From assembly GCA_001820935.1 (NCBI GenBank), contig MHRI01000011.1:2718-54056 (forward strand): a DNA stretch of 51,339 nt, written 5' to 3'. Positions 36,415 to 42,727 of this stretch are shown here, piece after piece. The stretch is from Candidatus Taylorbacteria bacterium RIFCSPHIGHO2_01_FULL_51_15. GTDB lineage: Bacteria > Patescibacteriota > Minisyncoccia > Phycocordibacterales > UBA10002. Each line of letters starts with the position of its first letter. Position 1 is the stretch's first letter. A program made the translations under genes and the position numbers. The notes under the pieces were generated by a model. It did no database searches. It saw nothing but the letters and a program-made list of their open reading frames with translations, and had not been told where the DNA came from.

Positions 36415-36803
36415 CCGAGCAATCCACCCCTGTGGATAACGAAAAGAGATGAAATATGAAACATGAAATATGAACTATTAGATATAGGTGATTGAGAAGA
36501 CAAGCGATTTATTATTCCATAGTACATATTACATAATTCATCCATACATTATGGTTCTAGGAGTCCTGAGGCTTTGCGAAGGGCAACGAAAACGAAGCCT
36601 AAATATCGAATCTCGAATACCTAATCTTGAAAAAATCTGAATACAAAATACTAAACAAAATCCTCCGTCTCGAAGACTCGACCACCCTCCTTTAGAAAAG
36701 GAGGAATTCAGAAATATGTTTGTAGTTTCTTCTTTTCTATTGAGTTTTTTCGAAATTCGAAATTCGGTATTCGATATTTTTTTTGTGCTATAGTGTCCAC
36801 GCT

Positions 36804-38822
36804 ATGTTGCATCTTGAAGGACTGAATGAGCGACAGCAAACAGCCGTGCGGCACAAAGACGGACCGCTTCTCATCGTCGCGGGAGCCGGAGCGGGGAAAA
36901 CTCGGGTCATCACCCACCGAATTCTGCATCTCATTAAGGAAGGCATCGCGCCGGAGTCTATCCTGGCGATTACCTTTACGAATAAGGCGGCTAAAGAGAT
37001 GAAGGATCGCGTTGAAAAGCTTCTGGCTTCCCGCCTTCAGCTTTCGGAAGCTCTGTCTGTACGAACCAGAGGCCGTGATCTTGAGGCTAAACATTTCCCC
37101 TGGCTGGGCACGTTCCATGCGCTCGGCGTCCACATTATCCGTGAGAATAGCGATCGGCTCTCGCTCCCTAAGCGATTTGCTATTTTTGACCGCAGTGATT
37201 CACTCGCCGCGATCAGGGAAGCGGTCAAAGAGAGCGAGCTTGACCCGAAACAGTTTGAACCGGGTAAAATACTCGCGGCTATCAGCCGCGAGAAGGGGAA
37301 AATGATGACGCTTCAAGAATTCACGGTTCACTCGGAAGGAGAGTATTTCCCGAGCATTATCGCCAGTGTGTGGCAAAAGTACGAAGCAACTCTCAAAAAG
37401 GAGAGAGCGCTTGATTTTGACGATCTCCTGCTTAAAACAGCGCTGCTTCTCCAATCGGAAGAGGAGATACGGAAGCATTACGGACGGCGGTGGCAGTACA
37501 TCCATATTGACGAGTACCAAGACACGAATCACGTGCAGTATATGATCACGAAACTCCTCGCAAAAGAACATACAAACATCGCGGTAGTGGGCGACATTGA
37601 CCAAAATATCTACAGCTGGCGCGGGGCGAGTATCAAGAATATTCTCAATTTCGAGAAAGATTACCCTACCGCGAAAGTGGTGCTTCTGGAAGAAAATTAT
37701 CGATCAACGCAGACGATCCTCACGGTCGCCAACCGTATCATCTCGAAGAATAAAATGCGCCGCGAGAAAACGCTGTTTACCAAAAATCACGAGGGAGAGA
37801 AGGTTGGCCTTTTCACCGCGTATGACGAAGCTGGGGAGGCTTCATTCATCGCCGGACGCGCAAAACAGCTTATCGCCGGAGGGGTTTCGCCTGCGGGGAT
37901 CGCCGTGCTCTTTCGCGCGAACTTTCAAAGTCGAGTGCTTGAGGAAGCTTTTCTGCGCGAAGACGTTCCCTATCAGGTGCTGGGGGTTCGCTTCTTTGAG
38001 CGTAAGGAGGTCAAAGATGTGCTTGCCTACGTGCGAGCCGCCCAAACCGCTTTTGCCTCGCAAAACTTGAACGAGCAGGCTCTCAATCTAAGCGGGGGTT
38101 TTTCTGATGTGCGTCGCATTATCAATGTGCCACCGCGTGGAATCGGAAAGGTAACGCTCCTAAAGATCCTTGCCGGAAAGGAGAGTGAACTCCCGCCCGC
38201 GATGCAGGGCAAGTTCACCGCATTCAAAAAACTCCTCCTTGAGCTGCGCGTGAAGCTGCATAATGTGCCGCTTTCCGAAGCGATCAAGTGGATTGTGAGC
38301 GAAAGTGGACTTGAAACCGAGCTTAAAAAAGGAGGGAGCGAGGACGAAGAGCGTCTTGAAAACATAAAAGAGCTTGTGACCTTCGCGACAAGGTATGACA
38401 CCCTTCTTCCGAATAACTCGCGCGAGGAAGCGCTCGATGCGTTTCTCGCCGATGTGGCGCTTCAGAGCGATCAAGATGAGCTTAAGGACGACATGCCAAG
38501 CGTGAAGCTCATGACGGTGCATGCCTCCAAAGGTCTTGAGTTCGACTACGTCTTCATTGGTGGGCTCGAAGAGGGCCTCTTCCCTCATGAGCGGCTGTCT
38601 GAAACTCAAAGCGAAGGTGATGCTGAAGAAGAGCGTCGCCTCTTCTATGTCGCTCTTACCCGGGCCAAGAAAAAAGTGTTTCTCTCCTACGCGGGGGTGC
38701 GCACGATCTTCGGCTCACGGCAGGTGACGGTACCTTCAGAATTCATCTTCGACATCGATGAGGAATTTCTAGAAGCCGAGAATTATGTGGAGGGCGGAGG
38801 GAAGATCATCTATTTGGATTAG
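36804..38822 (+). CDS. pcrA: UvrD/PcrA family ATP-dependent DNA helicase
   Basis: LNERQQTAV...LLIVAGAGAGKTRVITHR (motif I), HIDEYQDTN (motif II), and MTVHASKGLEFDYVFI...EERRLFYVALTRAK. Confidence 0.92.
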   Translation: MLHLEGLNERQQTAVRHKDGPLLIVAGAGAGKTRVITHRILHLIKEGIAPESILAITFTNKAAKEMKDRVEKLLASRLQLSEALSVRTRGRDLEAKHFPWLGTFHALGVHIIRENSDRLSLPKRFAIFDRSDSLAAIREAVKESELDPKQFEPGKILAAISREKGKMMTLQEFTVHSEGEYFPSIIASVWQKYEATLKKERALDFDDLLLKTALLLQSEEEIRKHYGRRWQYIHIDEYQDTNHVQYMITKLLAKEHTNIAVVGDIDQNIYSWRGASIKNILNFEKDYPTAKVVLLEENYRSTQTILTVANRIISKNKMRREKTLFTKNHEGEKVGLFTAYDEAGEASFIAGRAKQLIAGGVSPAGIAVLFRANFQSRVLEEAFLREDVPYQVLGVRFFERKEVKDVLAYVRAAQTAFASQNLNEQALNLSGGFSDVRRIINVPPRGIGKVTLLKILAGKESELPPAMQGKFTAFKKLLLELRVKLHNVPLSEAIKWIVSESGLETELKKGGSEDEERLENIKELVTFATRYDTLLPNNSREEALDAFLADVALQSDQDELKDDMPSVKLMTVHASKGLEFDYVFIGGLEEGLFPHERLSETQSEGDAEEERRLFYVALTRAKKKVFLSYAGVRTIFGSRQVTVPSEFIFDIDEEFLEAENYVEGGGKIIYLD

Positions 38823-38908
38823 TCACGAATCAAACGCGAATCGTTCACTTGAATCACGCGAAAGGGATTAGCGATATTCGCGACAGAAATTCGAGTATGA
38901 TTAGAGAT

Positions 38909-39685
38909 ATGTTTAAAAAGAAATCCTTAGGTCAACACTTCCTCCGCGATCCGAAGATTCTCGGCAAGATTGTCGCGGCGGGGAAACTGACACTTGAAGA
39001 CTCTGTACTAGAAATCGGTCCCGGGGAAGGAGGGCTCACGATGCTCTTGCTGGCGAAGGTAAGGAAGGTCGTCGCGGTGGAGAAAGATGATCGCTTGATT
39101 CCCATACTGCGAGAAAGATTCGCTTCGGAAATTGCCTCGGGCAGACTTGAGCTTATCCACGCCGACATTCTTGACTTCTCCCCTACTAACTACTCACTAC
39201 TAGCTACTAACTACAAAGTGGTCGCCAACATCCCCTACTACATTACGGGCGCGCTCATGCGGAAATTTCTGCAGGAGGGACCAGAGCCTTGCATGATGGT
39301 GCTTCTCGTGCAAAAGGAGGTGGCAAGACGGATTGTGGCACAGGACGGTAGGGAGAGTATTCTTTCAATAAGCGTAAAAGCGTATGGAACTCCAAGATAC
39401 GTGGATACGGTCAAGGCGGGCTCATTTTCGCCACCACCGAACGTAGATTCAGCGATTATCGCAATTGAAGGAATTTCGAAAGAGTTTTTTACTCATTGCG
39501 GCGAGAAAAAATTCTTCGCGCTTCTCAAAAAGGGGTTCGCTCACCCAAGAAAGCTCCTCGCGTCAAACCTTGGGATTGAAACGGGGGTACTCGAAACGGC
39601 CGGCATCGCTCCAAACGCTCGGGCGGAAGTTCTCTCTCCAGAAGCTTGGAAAGATCTCGCGACTAAAATACTAGACGGACGCTAA
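38909..39685 (+). CDS. rsmA: 16S rRNA (adenine1518/1519-N6)-dimethyltransferase
   Basis: MFKKKSLGQHFLRDPKILGKIV...VLEIGPGEGGLT...VVANIPYYITGAL. Confidence 0.9.
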   Translation: MFKKKSLGQHFLRDPKILGKIVAAGKLTLEDSVLEIGPGEGGLTMLLLAKVRKVVAVEKDDRLIPILRERFASEIASGRLELIHADILDFSPTNYSLLATNYKVVANIPYYITGALMRKFLQEGPEPCMMVLLVQKEVARRIVAQDGRESILSISVKAYGTPRYVDTVKAGSFSPPPNVDSAIIAIEGISKEFFTHCGEKKFFALLKKGFAHPRKLLASNLGIETGVLETAGIAPNARAEVLSPEAWKDLATKILDGR

Positions 39686-40194
39686 GGAGTTGACCCGTTA
39701 TAAATGATAAGTGGCGCGAAAAAGAAAGGGAGCGGGGTCACCACGGGACAGAGCGATAGACCACAATAGACCCAGGAGACAAAAGGCGCTATGCATACCA
39801 TCGTCGGCAAATATTTGCCTATGATCTTTTGTCCGGGATGCATAGCCGGCCCCCATGGAAACGTGTATGCTCCCACACCTTGAAGCATGACAACTGGGGT
39901 ACCAACCGCAAGGGGAGTTAAGTTTACTTCCTGTACGCCATTGAGGCATCCTGGGCCTACCGGATACCAAAAGCTGTAGACCCCGGGGGGAGGAAACGTA
40001 GGGAGCGCACCTGCGCTCATGATACTTCCGGGGACGCCCGGTACGTTTAGCACTATGCCGGCAAAGTGAGGCAAGAGCGTGAGTCCCAATCCGAGGAAGC
40101 CCACGCCCAGAGCTTGTGCATGAACGCTTCCAGGAAGAACACACAGCATGAGCGCACAGAGACCCCCTCTCCACAATAGCGACAAGCTACGCAT
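39682..40194 (-). CDS. secreted Gly/Pro/Val-rich protein, unknown function
   Basis: MRSLSLLWRGGLCALMLCVLPGSVHA signal peptide. Hydrophobic C-terminus. Divergent from the 40213 block. Confidence 0.5.
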   Translation of the reverse strand: MRSLSLLWRGGLCALMLCVLPGSVHAQALGVGFLGLGLTLLPHFAGIVLNVPGVPGSIMSAGALPTFPPPGVYSFWYPVGPGCLNGVQEVNLTPLAVGTPVVMLQGVGAYTFPWGPAMHPGQKIIGKYLPTMVCIAPFVSWVYCGLSLCPVVTPLPFFFAPLIIYNGSTP

Positions 40195-40212
40195 ATATGA
40201 AATAATAGTAAC

Positions 40213-41064
40213 ATGAAATTTAGCTTGCAAAGCGCTATCGTACTTTTCGTGCTAGCGATAGCAATAGTCGGAGGGGTACTCTGGAGCACTCGTTTTGCCA
40301 CTACAGCTGTCGAGAATTCTCCCGGCCTATCGAGAACATACAAACATCCAATTTTGTCCGAAGTATACATGTCGGAGAACGCTTCTGACACAGACGGTGA
40401 CGGAATTCCTGATTGGGAGGAGAAACTTCGCGGAATGGATCCGAACAAACCTGACTCAGAAGTAAGAGAGGCGAGCTCAGGAATTATACATGATCTTACT
40501 TTGCCCACATTGGAGACACCGGTATCTCCATCGTACAGGAGTGCTACAGCAATTCCCACAGAAACCCCTGCGATACCGCTCGAAGCAGGTAGCGAGAGTG
40601 CATCTCAAGATACCGCAGTTTCTATTGAGTTGCGTACACTTCTGCATAGTTTCGGAAATAATGTTGGTCTTGCATTATCACTCATATTTAATCAGTCCTT
40701 CGCAAGTGAAGAACAGGCATTATTCAAAAACACCGTTGGAACTTCGAGCGTGGATGCTTTGAAGAAACTTGCTCCGGTCGGAAACGCCTATAAAACTGTG
40801 TCGGAAACGCTTCGTCAAGTACAGCCTACTCCTGAAACACGGGAATTGCTCGCTAATCTCCACCGTGCGTATGATAGGATCGGAGGTGCAGTACTCTCAC
40901 TCGCTGATGCACCTACCGAAATACCCATTCTTGGAGAGAGATGGACGCGCTACTCTGAAGCGGCACTTGGTGTAGGAAAAGCTGTCTCTGACATGATTGT
41001 ATTTTTCAAGAAACAGGGAGTTGTATTTTCGCCAAGTGAACCGGGAAGTATTATTTCGTATTAA
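40213..41064 (+). CDS. N-terminally anchored protein with TSP3-like Ca-binding repeat (paralog 1)
   Basis: TM helix (SAIVLFVLAIAIVGGVLW), DTDGDGIPDWEEKLRGMDPNKPDS, helical C-domain ending FFKKQGVVFSPSEPG. Confidence 0.65.
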   Translation: MKFSLQSAIVLFVLAIAIVGGVLWSTRFATTAVENSPGLSRTYKHPILSEVYMSENASDTDGDGIPDWEEKLRGMDPNKPDSEVREASSGIIHDLTLPTLETPVSPSYRSATAIPTETPAIPLEAGSESASQDTAVSIELRTLLHSFGNNVGLALSLIFNQSFASEEQALFKNTVGTSSVDALKKLAPVGNAYKTVSETLRQVQPTPETRELLANLHRAYDRIGGAVLSLADAPTEIPILGERWTRYSEAALGVGKAVSDMIVFFKKQGVVFSPSEPGSIISY

Positions 41065-41081
41065 CTTGTTAATCCATAACC

Positions 41082-42041
41082 ATGTCATGGGGTATGAAAA
41101 TTATGTTAGGAATCGGAGCAGCCATCCTGCTCGGCGGGGGTCTCTGGTTTTTATACACCGGTCGGAGTGAAGCTACGTTCAGGCGCGTGAGCCCCGAAGA
41201 TGCCAAGAGGGCAGCCGCGGTGCTCTCGAAGGATCAAGACGGCGACGAGCTTAAGGACTGGGAGGAAGAATTGTGGCGCACTGACCCCTTGAGCTCCGAC
41301 TCTGATGGAGATGGGACGCTCGATGGGGAAGAGATCAAACTCGGCAGAAATCCTCTGAAGGCAGGGTCCAATGATGAGCTGGATAAAGAAACGATTGAAT
41401 CAAAAACGGTTCCGGGAGGAGGGGATTGGACCGAGACCGATCGCCTTTCTCGAGAGCTTTTCGCCAAATACCTCGCTATCAAGCAATCGGGAGCGCCTTT
41501 CACCGCCGAGGAAGAAGAGGCACTGCTTGCAGATTTTATACACCGATACCCGGAACCAGCATCCATTACCGTATACACGGAAAGCGATATCCGTCTGACC
41601 GAAAAAGACGACGTTGCGGCCTGGCATGGGTATGGGAACGCGATTGGATCGGTGCTTGAGAAGCATAGAAATACAGGGGGCGAGAGTGAGCTTATCATAT
41701 TCGAGCGCGCGCTTGAAAATGAGGACGAAACCGATCTTGCGAGCATAGAGACCCGCGTAGAGCGTTATGAACGGCTACTTCTTGACTTTAAAGCTCTACC
41801 GGCACCAAAAAGTATGCAGCCTATGGCTGTGGCCCTCCTTAATGCCCTTGAAGCCCTCAAACAGAGCGTCGGTGGTATGACGCTTGCGTTTACCGATCCC
41901 GTGCGGGCGCTCTCTTTTGCAACCGCGTATCCGAGCGCGATAGATACGCTCACCGAAAGCTTTGGGCGTATCGCCCTGTTTTTCCAAGATAATGAAGTGG
42001 TGTTTGGGAAGGATGAAGCGGGATACATTCTTACCCAATAA
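41082..42041 (+). CDS. N-terminally anchored protein with TSP3-like Ca-binding repeats (paralog 2)
   Basis: TM helix (IMLGIGAAILLGGGLWFLY), DQDGDELKDWEEELWRTDPLSSDSDGDGTLDGEEIKLGRNP, C-terminus LFFQDNEVVFGKDEAG. Confidence 0.65.
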   Translation: MSWGMKIMLGIGAAILLGGGLWFLYTGRSEATFRRVSPEDAKRAAAVLSKDQDGDELKDWEEELWRTDPLSSDSDGDGTLDGEEIKLGRNPLKAGSNDELDKETIESKTVPGGGDWTETDRLSRELFAKYLAIKQSGAPFTAEEEEALLADFIHRYPEPASITVYTESDIRLTEKDDVAAWHGYGNAIGSVLEKHRNTGGESELIIFERALENEDETDLASIETRVERYERLLLDFKALPAPKSMQPMAVALLNALEALKQSVGGMTLAFTDPVRALSFATAYPSAIDTLTESFGRIALFFQDNEVVFGKDEAGYILTQ

Positions 42042-42050
42042 GCAAGATGT

Positions 42051-42114
42051 AAAGCACAGTGTCCAAAAAGCCAAATAATGAAACAACCCAAAGCACAGTG
42101 TCCAAAAGGCCAAA
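42051..42114. repeat. family-A left arm: 25-nt direct repeat aaagcacagtgtccaaaaRgccaaa x2
   Basis: 42051-42075 and 42090-42114 are 24/25 identical. The same core occurs in A1 (7075-7105) and, inverted, in A2. Confidence 0.8.
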
Positions 42115-42137
42115 CAAAAAAGTAGAATTCACAAAAA

Positions 42138-42512
42138 ATGGGACAGCGTATGGAATCAAAGGAGACAAACAGATATCGAGAGTTGGAAAATCGCACGGCA
42201 ACATTTGCAAAGCAAACGATTGGAGTTTGCCTTAAATTACCGAGGAATAGAGTAAACGATCCACTAGTTAGCCAAGTTATTAGAGCCTCGGGGTCAGTCG
42301 GAGCAAATTATCGTGAAGCAAACGAAGCGTTGGGAAAGAAAGACTTTGTGTATCGTTTAGGGGTTGCTCGTAAGGAGGCGAAGGAAGCACAGTACTGGTT
42401 TGAACTACTAGTGGAGGCAAATCCCCTGCAAAGGGAAGCATTAACGGTGCTTTTGAGAGAGGCGGAAGAACTTCGCAACATCTTATCTGCAATCATAAAC
42501 AAGGTCTCTTAG
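42138..42512 (+). CDS. four-helix-bundle protein (23S rRNA intervening-sequence protein / Avd family)
   Basis: 124 aa. Family-typical pattern: LENRTATFAKQTIGVCLKLPRNRVNDPLVSQVIRASGSVGANYREANEALGKKDFVYRLGVARKEAKEAQYWFELL. Confidence 0.8.
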   Translation: MGQRMESKETNRYRELENRTATFAKQTIGVCLKLPRNRVNDPLVSQVIRASGSVGANYREANEALGKKDFVYRLGVARKEAKEAQYWFELLVEANPLQREALTVLLREAEELRNILSAIINKVS

Positions 42513-42516
42513 CCCC

Positions 42517-42550
42517 TTTGTTTGGCTTTTTGGGTATTGTGTTTTGTGCT
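42517..42550. repeat. family-A right arm (inverted relative to 42051..42119)
   Basis: tttgtttggctttttggg is complementary to ccaaaaagccaaa / gccaaacaaa of the left arm. Starts 5 nt after the ORF stop. Confidence 0.7.
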
Positions 42551-42558
42551 ACTGCGTC

Positions 42559-42604
42559 TTATCCACTTTGTATACACCGCTTATCCACAATCCTCTGCTA
42601 TAAT
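42559..42604 (+). promoter_or_regulatory. tandem DnaA-box-like 9-mers overlapping an extended -10 promoter
   Basis: ttatccact at 42559-42567, ttatccaca at 42581-42589, and tgcTATAAT at 42596-42604. Upstream of the 927-codon ORF. Confidence 0.35.
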
Positions 42605-42727
42605 GGAAGGGATGTGAGAGCGGTTCACACCAAACCCAGCACCTTTGTCGTGAAGCCAGAAGCTTTACGGGGCATTTGTGTATGGAAAAAGGGAGGAAAT
42701 GCGTTCGGCCCATACCGAATCTCAAGG

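Noticed and set aside
36061-36440. c-di-AMP (ydaO-type) riboswitch upstream of the M23/LysM peptidase gene. The - strand has GGGGUGGAUUGC, GUAGGAGGG and UAACACCUCGUAGGG, which resemble GGGGUGAAUCC, GGUAGGG and CUAACCUCGUAAGCG.
   Set aside because: The GGGGGACCCA segment and the closing P1 pairing (CGCUU/AAGCG) are missing, and the spacing does not fit. It needs a covariance-model scan before any claim.
42138-42512. Diversity-generating retroelement. The four-helix-bundle protein belongs to the same family as the DGR accessory protein Avd and sits next to large surface-protein genes.
   Set aside because: There is no reverse transcriptase ORF anywhere in the window, and I could find no template/variable repeat pair near the 3' ends of the neighbouring genes. 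The flanks are family-A repeat words instead.
2428-42589. Replication origin, suggested by the perfect DnaA-box 9-mers.
   Set aside because: The five boxes are spread over 40 kb and only one pair is within 30 bp. There is no dnaA/dnaN and no AT-rich unwinding element next to a box cluster. They are better explained as regulatory sites or as another repeat word.
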